Shown here in pieces: positions 45,172 to 53,413 of a stretch of DNA of 64,000 bases. Both the position numbers and the translations under genes were made by a program. Position 1 is the stretch's first letter, and each line of letters starts with the position of its first letter. Under the pieces are notes generated by a model, which was given only the letters and a program-made list of their open reading frames with translations, ran no database searches and was not told the origin of the DNA. Source of the stretch: Candidatus Peregrinibacteria bacterium (GTDB lineage: Bacteria; Patescibacteriota; Gracilibacteria; UBA1369; LOWO2-01-FULL-3); assembly GCA_043810515.1 (NCBI GenBank), contig JBDRNZ010000027.1:2247-66246 (forward strand), in the 5' to 3' direction.

Positions 45172-48100
45172 TCAGTCCTTTTTCAACACATGTCCCATTA
45201 GTGAATGGAGTTCCTCTTTAAGTTTATCGGTAAGATTGACGCCAAAAGGCAGTTTTATTTTCTTCTCGGCAAAAGGTAGAAAGATCTCAACCGGAGTCCT
45301 GCCCTTGTTTTTGCTTAATAATAATTTTACAGATTCCATTAATGCGGCATTTGCGTCTTTTGGAATTTTTATAAGAAAAGTTTTTGAATCGGATTTCTGC
45401 AAATCCGAATCCCCAAGATCAAAATCCTCAATATTGGCTTTTGCCGACTCATCCAAAAGTTCCTTTTCCGCGAGAATATCATTCAGATCCTGTACCACGA
45501 GAGTGTCTTTTTCGCCGGGATTGTACAATTTTAAGCTTTTTGCATTCTCAATTATGGTTTCGATCGACAAAACCTTTACCGAGTCTACTATAAGCTGATA
45601 TTGGCCACGCCTAAAATCAAGTTTTCCGTCAATACAGACAAGATTGTCTTCGGCCAGAGAATTGCCGTACTGGTTAAAAATTTTAGGAAATATTACAGCG
45701 TTCATGCGCGCAGTCGGATCCTCAACGACAAAAGTGACCATATATGCACCGGATTTCGTTAAAATCTTCTTCAGACTCGAAATAATCCCACAGATTTTAA
45801 GCCTTTTTCCCGTGTGATTGACTGTCAATTCGCCGATAAGATGCGCCTTTTTTTTGAAATATTTTTTTAGTCCCTGAAGAGGATGTCCGGAAACATACAT
45901 TCCCAAAAATTCCTTTTCCATCTTAAGCTTTTGCATCTCGGTTGCTTTTGGAGTATCTCGCAGAATAAGCGAGTCATTTTCAATATCCGATTCATCCATC
46001 ATTCCAAAAATAGTAGCCTGACCGTCCATGGAAACCGCCTGTGAAAGTTTCGCAAATTTTATTATTTCATCGTAATTTTCGGAAATTGCGTTTCTGTCTC
46101 CAAATTCATCAAGTGCGCCACCTAAGGCCAAAGCCTGAATGATTTTTTTATTTAACAGCCTGACCGGAACAAGATGAGAAAACTCTTCGAGTGATTTAAA
46201 TCTTCCATGTTTAGAGCGTATATCAACAATTTCTTTAACAGGGCCTTCTCCAATCCCCTTTATGGCAAGAAGCCCAAAACGGACCTTATTGTCGTCAACA
46301 ACCGTAAAATTCTCCGAAGATTCATTGATGGATGGCGGAAGAACATTAATCCCCATCTCACTACACTCCTTCATCTCGAGAACCAGACGGTCTGTGTTAT
46401 TGGCATCGCTTCGGAGCAGAGCCGTCATAAACTCAACAGGATAATGAGTTTTTAGATAAGCGGTCTGATAGGCGATAAGTCCATAGCAGACGGCATGTGC
46501 TTTGTTGAAACCATACCCCGCAAAAGGTTCAATAACTTTTTCAAAAACTTCATTGGCAAAAGTTTCATCGTGCCCGTTTTCTACGGCCCCTTTTATAAAT
46601 TTTTCCCGCTGCTCGGAAAGAAGCGAGCCTATTTTTTTACCCACGGCTTTTCTGAGCATATCGGCCTCGCCAAGACTAAAACCCGCAAAATCTCTCGCAA
46701 TCTGCAAAATCTGTTCCTGATAAACCGCAACGCCGTAAGTGGATTCCAGTATCGGCTTGAATGATTTGTGAAGATATTTGATTTTCTCGGGATGATGTTT
46801 TCCCTGGATATAATTTGGAATCCATTCCATCGGACCCGGCCGGTACAAGGCGCTCATCGCAACTATATCTTCAAACCTGGTTGGCTTAAGATCTTTTAGA
46901 TAACGTCTCATTCCGCCGGACTCCAGCTGAAAAACACCGGTTGTATCAGCCTTTTTTAGAAGCTCAAAGGTGGATTCATCATCAAGAGGAATACTGCTTA
47001 TATCAACGGTAACGTCCTTCATCTCATGCAGAATTCCACAGGTTTCCTCTATAACGGTCAGATTTTTAAGTCCCAAAAAATCCATTTTCAAAAGTCCCAA
47101 ATCCTCAAGCGGTTTCGCGGAATACTGTGTGACTATCTCACCGCGTCCGCCGGCACCGTACTGGAGAGCCGTATATTCCGTAAGATCTTTTTCAGAAATC
47201 ACAACTGCACATGCGTGGGTCCCTGCATGCCTAACCGTTCCTTCAAGCCTCATTGCATAATCCAGCAAAGCTTTCGCCCGCGGATCATTTTGGTAAGAGT
47301 GGCGCAGATCAGGATCGTCAACAATTGAAACTTTTAGAGGGACGTGTTTTCCCAAAACAGGGGGCGGAACAGTCTTCGCAAGAGCGTCAACTTCCTGATA
47401 AGGATATCCGAGTGCTCTGCCGACATCCCGGACCACCGCTCTCGGAGCCATCGTTCCGAAAGTTATAATTTGCGCAACATTGCCCTGTCCGTATTTTTCA
47501 ATGACATATGCCAAAATTTCATCACGGCGTTTATCTGCAAAATCAATATCGATATCAGGCATGCTTACACGTTCCGGATTTAAAAAACGTTCAAAGAAAA
47601 GGCCGTGCTCAATCGGATCAAGATCAGTGATATTCAAAGACCATGCGAGAATAGATCCGGCCGCGGACCCGCGGCCGGGTCCTACAACAATATCTTTTTC
47701 TTTTGCATATCTGACAACGTCATAGACAATCAAAAAATAAGTATCAAACCCCATTTTGTTCACCGTTTTAAGCTCATACTCAAGCCTTTCATTATATTCA
47801 GTCGGAATTTTTTTGCCTTCAAACCTCGTTTTCAATCCCTCTTCACACAATTGCCGGAGATAAACGTCCGGTTTTTCGTTTTGTGGAGTTTTAAAAGAGG
47901 GGATCAGGTTGTTTCCAAATTCAAAATCGACGTTGCACATTTCCGCGACTTTTAAAGTGTTTTCAATCGCGCCCGGAAAATTCTTAAAAGCAGCCTTAAT
48001 GTCTTCAGAATCCCTGATTGAAAAATCCCCGACATACCTCATTCTGTCCTCCATACCGACAGTTGATTGCGTCTGAATGCATAAAAGTATGTCATGTACT

Positions 48101-48747
48101 TCACTATCCTCCGGTCTCGGATAATGAGTGTCATTCGTGGCAACAATATCAATGCCGTATTCTTTTGACAGTTCAAGTATGCGGTTATTTACGATTTCCT
48201 GATTTTCAAGGAGAGGATGATCCTGAATTTCAAAAAAATAATTTTCTTTTCCGAAAATATCGATATGCTGCTTTATCGTCTTGTGAATTTCTTCCTCGTT
48301 GCCGGAAAGAATCATTCGTGGCAGATGTCCGACAATACAACCGCTCAAAGCTATAAGCCCTTTACTGTGAGCCCTTAAAAGACCGTAATCAACCCGTGCT
48401 TTATAATAAAATCCCTCAAGATTCGCCTGCGTAACAAGTTTTAAAAGATTGTAGTAGCCTTCGTTGTTTTTTGCCAGAACTGTCAGATGGTAAGGCTTTA
48501 CGTCGATTTTTGCCTCTTTATCGAAACGCGTGCGCGGCGCTACATACATTTCGCAGCCCAAAATCGGTTTTATTCCCTCTTTTTTGCCTTCCTTGTAAAA
48601 TTCAATAAGACCGTAAGTAACGCCATGGTCGGTCAGCGCGACGGCCGGATAACCAAGTTCTTTTGCTCGCAAAATGATATCCCTTGGACTTCCAAAACCG
48701 TCAAGAAGACTGTAATGGGAGTGAGTGTGTAAATTTACAAAAGACAT
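45172..48747 (-). CDS. dnaE: DNA polymerase III alpha subunit
   Basis: PHP domain FVNLHTHSHYSLLDG, polymerase core and a C-terminal OB fold. 1191 aa, no intein-sized insertion. Confidence 0.95.
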   Translation of the reverse strand: MSFVNLHTHSHYSLLDGFGSPRDIILRAKELGYPAVALTDHGVTYGLIEFYKEGKKEGIKPILGCEMYVAPRTRFDKEAKIDVKPYHLTVLAKNNEGYYNLLKLVTQANLEGFYYKARVDYGLLRAHSKGLIALSGCIVGHLPRMILSGNEEEIHKTIKQHIDIFGKENYFFEIQDHPLLENQEIVNNRILELSKEYGIDIVATNDTHYPRPEDSEVHDILLCIQTQSTVGMEDRMRYVGDFSIRDSEDIKAAFKNFPGAIENTLKVAEMCNVDFEFGNNLIPSFKTPQNEKPDVYLRQLCEEGLKTRFEGKKIPTEYNERLEYELKTVNKMGFDTYFLIVYDVVRYAKEKDIVVGPGRGSAAGSILAWSLNITDLDPIEHGLFFERFLNPERVSMPDIDIDFADKRRDEILAYVIEKYGQGNVAQIITFGTMAPRAVVRDVGRALGYPYQEVDALAKTVPPPVLGKHVPLKVSIVDDPDLRHSYQNDPRAKALLDYAMRLEGTVRHAGTHACAVVISEKDLTEYTALQYGAGGRGEIVTQYSAKPLEDLGLLKMDFLGLKNLTVIEETCGILHEMKDVTVDISSIPLDDESTFELLKKADTTGVFQLESGGMRRYLKDLKPTRFEDIVAMSALYRPGPMEWIPNYIQGKHHPEKIKYLHKSFKPILESTYGVAVYQEQILQIARDFAGFSLGEADMLRKAVGKKIGSLLSEQREKFIKGAVENGHDETFANEVFEKVIEPFAGYGFNKAHAVCYGLIAYQTAYLKTHYPVEFMTALLRSDANNTDRLVLEMKECSEMGINVLPPSINESSENFTVVDDNKVRFGLLAIKGIGEGPVKEIVDIRSKHGRFKSLEEFSHLVPVRLLNKKIIQALALGGALDEFGDRNAISENYDEIIKFAKLSQAVSMDGQATIFGMMDESDIENDSLILRDTPKATEMQKLKMEKEFLGMYVSGHPLQGLKKYFKKKAHLIGELTVNHTGKRLKICGIISSLKKILTKSGAYMVTFVVEDPTARMNAVIFPKIFNQYGNSLAEDNLVCIDGKLDFRRGQYQLIVDSVKVLSIETIIENAKSLKLYNPGEKDTLVVQDLNDILAEKELLDESAKANIEDFDLGDSDLQKSDSKTFLIKIPKDANAALMESVKLLLSKNKGRTPVEIFLPFAEKKIKLPFGVNLTDKLKEELHSLMGHVLKKD

Positions 48748-48749
48748 GT

Positions 48750-49070
48750 TTAGCCAAATTTAGACATTAGATGCAGATGCAGGTGGAACACTTCCTGGCC
48801 CCCGTCTTTGCCGACATTAATTTGCAGTTTGTATCCGCCAAGGCCAAGCTTCTCGGCAATATTCTTGGCGCACAGTACGAGATGGCCTACGATTTTCTCG
48901 TCGCCTTCATCCATTTCGGCGATTGAAGGGATATGTTTAAGCGGGACAATTAAAAGATGTGTTTGTGCTTTTGGATGCAGATCGCGAAAAATCACGCACT
49001 TGTCGTCTTCGTACAAAAATTCGGCTGGGATTTCCCTGCCCGTGATTTTGCAAAAAATACAGTCTGTCAT
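48750..49070 (-). CDS. HIT-family (histidine triad) nucleotide hydrolase
   Basis: CIFCKI N-terminus and the HLHLHLM triad. Confidence 0.88.
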   Translation of the reverse strand: MTDCIFCKITGREIPAEFLYEDDKCVIFRDLHPKAQTHLLIVPLKHIPSIAEMDEGDEKIVGHLVLCAKNIAEKLGLGGYKLQINVGKDGGQEVFHLHLHLMSKFG

Positions 49071-49141
49071 AAGTTTTCATTAAAACTGCCCCCATTGTAA
49101 ATTATCTGCCCCAGATATCAACCCTATAAATAAACTAGTCC

Positions 49142-50206
49142 TTATTTCTTATTTTTTCTCTTTGTGTCGAATTTATAAACGGCACGTCCTACTCTGACAA
49201 ACTGCGGATTTTTTTGAAGATTCAGAGAGATTGTGCCTTTCTTAACCTGTCTTTGCTTGAGCACGCCCTCGATAATTTCCTGCTTCGTCATTGGACTTTT
49301 TTTCTTCAAAAGTCCCTCAATCACATCAGCAACAGTTCCTTTGCTAAATCCGAATTCTTTCAAGGTGTAAAGACCACGGCCAACAAGAACAAACTGATCA
49401 TATCGGATCAATTCATTATGCACAGCCTGGGTGGTGACAACTTTTTTGTCGAATCCGGAAGCTGAAATCTTATTTGCAATTTCAATAAAATGCAGAGGAC
49501 TTTTTTCGCGCTTCAAAACAATGTAAGCCTTGTCGCGAATACTGCGCGGATTTATATGTCTCCAGCTCATCAGACCAAAACCTTCACTGACCCTTTTTAA
49601 CCTCTTATCCACTTCCAGAGAAGATATAATCATTGGATCGCTGTATTGTTCGATTTTTTCGGCAAGAAGCTGTCTTATAGAAATCACAAGCTTCTGATCG
49701 GAAATTACATCGCCTTTCTTTTTCAAAGTTTTTATTCCGGCATCAATAATAGACGAAACGATATCAAGACCGATTTCCTTAAATCTCCAGAACGTATTGT
49801 AAACATTGGTTTTTTCGGCATGTTTTATATTCTGGTTTATATTGAGAGCCAGTTTTATAATATTTGGATCAACCTCGTCCTTTGACTTTATAAGGTTCAA
49901 TATCTCACTTATTAATTTCATCTGCACCAAAACCCCACCATGATCAGTAATGACTTTGTCGGCAATATCGTTCACAGCGTTAAGTTTCGTGGTCTGAACA
50001 GTCCTTTTTAACTTCCCAAGCGCAATTTTCTCAATCTGACGGATTCTTTCACGCGTAACCGAGAACTGCTGTCCGATATGTTCAAGTGTACGTCGTGGCT
50101 TATTATCAAGGCTGAACCTCTTTACGATAACGTCCTTTTCTTTGTTAGTAAGGACTAAAAACATCTCATTTATAATATCCGACAAGTTTATTTTCGTTGT
50201 AGACAT
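49142..50206 (-). CDS. Sigma-70 region-4-like HTH protein with C-terminal HARE-HTH-like repeats, paralog 1
   Basis: KEKDVIVKRFSLDNKPRRTLEHIGQQFSVTRERIRQIEKIALGKLKR resembles region 4.2. The C-terminal ...DQFVLVGRGLYTL.EFG... and ...FVRVGRAVYKF resemble HARE-HTH (RNAP delta-like) units. Confidence 0.65.
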   Translation of the reverse strand: MSTTKINLSDIINEMFLVLTNKEKDVIVKRFSLDNKPRRTLEHIGQQFSVTRERIRQIEKIALGKLKRTVQTTKLNAVNDIADKVITDHGGVLVQMKLISEILNLIKSKDEVDPNIIKLALNINQNIKHAEKTNVYNTFWRFKEIGLDIVSSIIDAGIKTLKKKGDVISDQKLVISIRQLLAEKIEQYSDPMIISSLEVDKRLKRVSEGFGLMSWRHINPRSIRDKAYIVLKREKSPLHFIEIANKISASGFDKKVVTTQAVHNELIRYDQFVLVGRGLYTLKEFGFSKGTVADVIEGLLKKKSPMTKQEIIEGVLKQRQVKKGTISLNLQKNPQFVRVGRAVYKFDTKRKNKK

Positions 50207-50385
50207 GACCTGATTTTAATGAATTTTAATTAGAAAACCCCCTTTCAATAACACAGAATATTGATTTGCAGATGATTTGTCAAGCAAGAAATTTGATATA
50301 TTAGCAACTATATTTTATAAACGCAAAACTCGAAAAAGATCTTAGGCTACACTGTTTCGATAAATGTGTCAAAATATTTTTTTCT

Positions 50386-50413
50386 TTGCATTTAATAGCC
50401 GCGCAAGTACAAT
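50386..50413 (+). promoter_or_regulatory. Candidate promoter for tRNA-Leu
   Basis: TTGCAT (50386-50391), 16-nt spacer, TACAAT (50408-50413), 18 nt before the tRNA 5' end. Confidence 0.4.
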
Positions 50414-50431
50414 ACAACAAGCGAAAAAAAT

Positions 50432-50516
50432 GGGTGAGTGGTGAAACTGGCAGACACGCCAGCCTTAGGAGCTGGTGCCGCAAGGCGTGAGGGTTCAAAT
50501 CCCTCCTCACCCACCA
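50432..50516 (+). tRNA. tRNA-Leu (anticodon TAG), long variable arm, CCA encoded
   Basis: Acceptor GGGTGAG/CTCACCC, anticodon stem CCAGC/GCTGG with loop CTTAGGA, variable arm TGCCGCAAGGCGT, T arm GAGGG-TTCAAAT-CCCTC, then ACCA. Confidence 0.9.
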
Positions 50517-50540
50517 AAAAACGCACCAAACCGTAACGTG

Positions 50541-50810
50541 ATGTACATGATGGAAGAAAATCAAAATCCACCCGCCCCCACTCCCGATTTTAATGAAAAA
50601 AAATCTTCATCTATGTCAATACTGATAGGGTTAATCGTCGCATTATTGATCGGAGGCGGAGTTTATTACGCTCTCATGTTCTCCCAGAAAGACGAACAAA
50701 CCGATAGCGGAAATCCTCAATCCGTGAATGAAAACGAATCTCAGCCTGATATACAGGCGCCGCCTTTTGATGAAATAGATACTCAGTCGGAATCCTACGA
50801 AGCCATATAG
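50541..50810 (+). CDS. Small membrane protein (about 89 aa)
   Basis: ATG at 50541, downstream of the tRNA. One TM helix (MSILIGLIVALLIGGGVYYALMF). The longer ORF from 50475 overlaps the tRNA. Confidence 0.5.
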   Translation: MYMMEENQNPPAPTPDFNEKKSSSMSILIGLIVALLIGGGVYYALMFSQKDEQTDSGNPQSVNENESQPDIQAPPFDEIDTQSESYEAI

Positions 50811-50817
50811 AAAGTCT

Positions 50818-51786
50818 TCAAATCATTTCCATACTCATATCAAGGAAATTTGATTTTCCCGTAAGACAGCCCATGGAAATAATATCAACTCCTGTTTTGG
50901 CGTATTCAACGACGTTTTTCTCAGTTATGCCACCCGAAGCCTCAAATAAAAGCCTTTCGTAAAGATTTTTCTTTTTCAGTTCCTCTATAGTGGCAATAAT
51001 ATCGCCGGAATTCATATTATCCATTAAAACCGCACAAACGCATTTTACAGCTCCGCGACTAATAAATTTTACCATTTCCGCGCACAGTTCAAGACATTCC
51101 TTTTTATTATCCACCTCTATTTCAACAAAACGGCAGTTCGGATCGCTTTTTGCTATGCTGTCCATAACCTTCTCGAAATCACGCCCAAAAACATCAAGAT
51201 GATTATCTTTAACCAAAATCGCATCTCCAAGATTTAAACGATGCGTCCCACCGCCGCCCAGCGAAACAGCTTTCTTATCGAGAAGCCCCCAGAGCGTTTT
51301 TCGCGTCGGGGTTATGAGAACATCATATTCCTTCACCGTATCCACGGTTATTCCTGTAAAAGTCGCGACTCCGCTCATTCTCATAAGAAGATTCAAAGCA
51401 ACACGTTCCACAGCCAAAAGATCATGTATATCTCCGGAAATCCCCGCAATTTCGTCGCCCGCTTCAAAAGCGTCCCCGTCTTTAAATTTAAAATTAACCT
51501 CAAATTTTCCGCGAATCACAGGTCGGAATGACGGATCGGATTCAACAAGAAAATACATTATTTCTTCCCGGCCGGCCAAGACACCACTTTCCCGCGCGAC
51601 AATTTTTGCTTTCACGGATTTGTTTTTATGAAACAGGGAGTTTGTGGTTATGTCGCCCTTTGTGCCGAGATCTTTTTCAAGTTCCAGAAAAGTATAACGA
51701 AAAACCCATTGTTTATAATTACTGCTGTCAATCGTCAGAAACCCCCCTGCGTTGTGTGTAAATTCTTTTAATGCTTGTCGGTCCAT
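50818..51786 (-). CDS. nadC: Nicotinate-nucleotide pyrophosphorylase (quinolinate phosphoribosyltransferase)
   Basis: ERVALNLLMRMSGVAT, TRKTLWGLLDKKAVSLGGGGTHRLNLGDAILVKDNH and LMDNM. Confidence 0.88.
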   Translation of the reverse strand: MDRQALKEFTHNAGGFLTIDSSNYKQWVFRYTFLELEKDLGTKGDITTNSLFHKNKSVKAKIVARESGVLAGREEIMYFLVESDPSFRPVIRGKFEVNFKFKDGDAFEAGDEIAGISGDIHDLLAVERVALNLLMRMSGVATFTGITVDTVKEYDVLITPTRKTLWGLLDKKAVSLGGGGTHRLNLGDAILVKDNHLDVFGRDFEKVMDSIAKSDPNCRFVEIEVDNKKECLELCAEMVKFISRGAVKCVCAVLMDNMNSGDIIATIEELKKKNLYERLLFEASGGITEKNVVEYAKTGVDIISMGCLTGKSNFLDMSMEMI

Positions 51787-51801
51787 ATTTGGGAAATTAA
51801 C

Positions 51802-52722
51802 TTAAGAAACCAATAACATTCTGTCAATAGCTCTCCTGGCCATTTTAGACGTTTTCGGATCAACTTTTATTACAGTTTTTTCCTCACGAAGAGAACTCAA
51901 AACAGCTTCAAGCGTAATTTTTTTCATATCAAAACACATATTGCAAACTCCATAAAACTTTTTTTCTTTAACTTCCCTGTGAAGTCTCTCAGTCATTCCG
52001 CATTCCGTCAAAACAAAAAACTCATCAGCGCTTTCGTTTTTAGCATAATCAATCATACCGCTTGTACCGGAAACATGATCCGCAAGTTTTAGAACATCGG
52101 GATTTGACTCGGGATGGGCAATAATTTTCGCGCGCGGAAAATCACGCCTGACTTCTTCAAGATATTCTTTATTTACAAAATGATGAACCGGACAGTAGCC
52201 TTTCCAGGCGATTATTTCTTTTTCAGGCACTTGCTGGGCAACATAAGCGGCCAGGTTTTTATCGGGAACGAAAATAATTTTTTTCTCTTTCAGCGATTTT
52301 ACGACTTTAACCGCGTTTGACGAGGTACAACATACGTCGGACACGGCTTTTACATCGGCAGTGGAATTTACATAGCAGACGACTGCTGAGTCGGGATGGG
52401 ATTTTTTGAATTTTTTGAGTTTTTCCGAATCGACCATGTCAGCCATAGCACAACCCGCATCAGAATAGGGGATTATAACTTTCTTATCCGGATTGAGAAT
52501 GGCGGCCGTTTCAGCCATAAAATTCACACCACAAAAAAGAATTATCTTTGCATTGGTTTTAGCCGCCTCCTGGCATAATTGAAGAGAATCTCCGATTGCA
52601 TCAGCTACCTCATAAATCTCGGGTCTCTGGTAATTATGGACAAGAATCAAAGCTTTTTTTTCTGCCTTGAGTTTATTTATGTCACGGATAAGCCTTCTTT
52701 GCTCCGCGGTAAAGTTCGCCAT
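51802..52722 (-). CDS. nadA: Quinolinate synthase
   Basis: 306 aa with ILFCGVNFMAETA, VCYVNS and AHPES, the three-repeat NadA pattern. Confidence 0.88.
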   Translation of the reverse strand: MANFTAEQRRLIRDINKLKAEKKALILVHNYQRPEIYEVADAIGDSLQLCQEAAKTNAKIILFCGVNFMAETAAILNPDKKVIIPYSDAGCAMADMVDSEKLKKFKKSHPDSAVVCYVNSTADVKAVSDVCCTSSNAVKVVKSLKEKKIIFVPDKNLAAYVAQQVPEKEIIAWKGYCPVHHFVNKEYLEEVRRDFPRAKIIAHPESNPDVLKLADHVSGTSGMIDYAKNESADEFFVLTECGMTERLHREVKEKKFYGVCNMCFDMKKITLEAVLSSLREEKTVIKVDPKTSKMARRAIDRMLLVS

Positions 52723-52747
52723 AATAAACCTCTTTAAAAAACACGAT

Positions 52748-53263
52748 CTACATTACACCGTGCACAAATCTGAGCCAAAGCGTTTTTAATTTTTCTGCAG
52801 GAGCTTTGAAAAGCGACAGCAGTATTGTCTTAAGTTCGCGTATTTTTCTCATAAGATTGGACATTTCAAAATAACTCGAGTTGCCGGGAGATCTGACCAT
52901 TCGCATAGCTTTCTTATGAAGGTAGGTTATTTCTTTTTTAATCTCTTTAGCTATTACACTCCTCATAGCTCGCTCGCTTGTAGGAAGCTGTTTCAAAAGT
53001 TCTGCACGTATCTGTGCGGGATCCGTAATTGTGGAAGTTTTTGGAATTCCTCCGGCAGGAACAGTTTTCTTGGCTTCGGTAATAATTTCCGAAACACGAC
53101 CGCTAGTCTCCATCCCTTCATCAACGCCGATAACACCACTTAACGCCTCGTGACCGACACCGGCTTCCTGAATTTCTTTAAAATTATCTTTTTTACGCGG
53201 AGCTTCGGAACTACGAGTTCGTGAAACATTTTCGGAAGGCTTGTTAGATGAATCAAATGCCAT
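52748..53263 (-). CDS. Hypothetical protein (171 aa)
   Basis: ORF in operon-like spacing with nadA. No recognised motif. Confidence 0.55.
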   Translation of the reverse strand: MAFDSSNKPSENVSRTRSSEAPRKKDNFKEIQEAGVGHEALSGVIGVDEGMETSGRVSEIITEAKKTVPAGGIPKTSTITDPAQIRAELLKQLPTSERAMRSVIAKEIKKEITYLHKKAMRMVRSPGNSSYFEMSNLMRKIRELKTILLSLFKAPAEKLKTLWLRFVHGVM

Positions 53264-53413
53264 TTTTATTATTAATGTCGCACTCTAATTTTAAACTACA
53301 TTTGCACAGCTGTCAACCTCGTTACGTAAGCCAAAAACCAACGTTTTTAAAAATAATTTGTAACCTGATTTATAGCTATGTAGAATAAAGCAGGTTTCTT
53401 AACCGAAAAACAA

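Noticed and set aside
50301-50564. ORFs overlapping tRNA-Leu: 50301-50564 (minus) and the 50475-50540 part of the plus-strand ORF
   Set aside because: They run across a well-folding tRNA gene. Only the portion from ATG 50541 was kept, as a low-confidence small membrane protein.
53264-53413. T-box or other riboswitch leaders upstream of the aaRS genes (valS here; also the glyQS, aspS and proS upstream regions)
   Set aside because: By eye there is no T-box consensus (AGGGUGGNACCGCG-like) or specifier-loop architecture, and the leaders are short. A covariance-model scan would be needed to exclude one formally.
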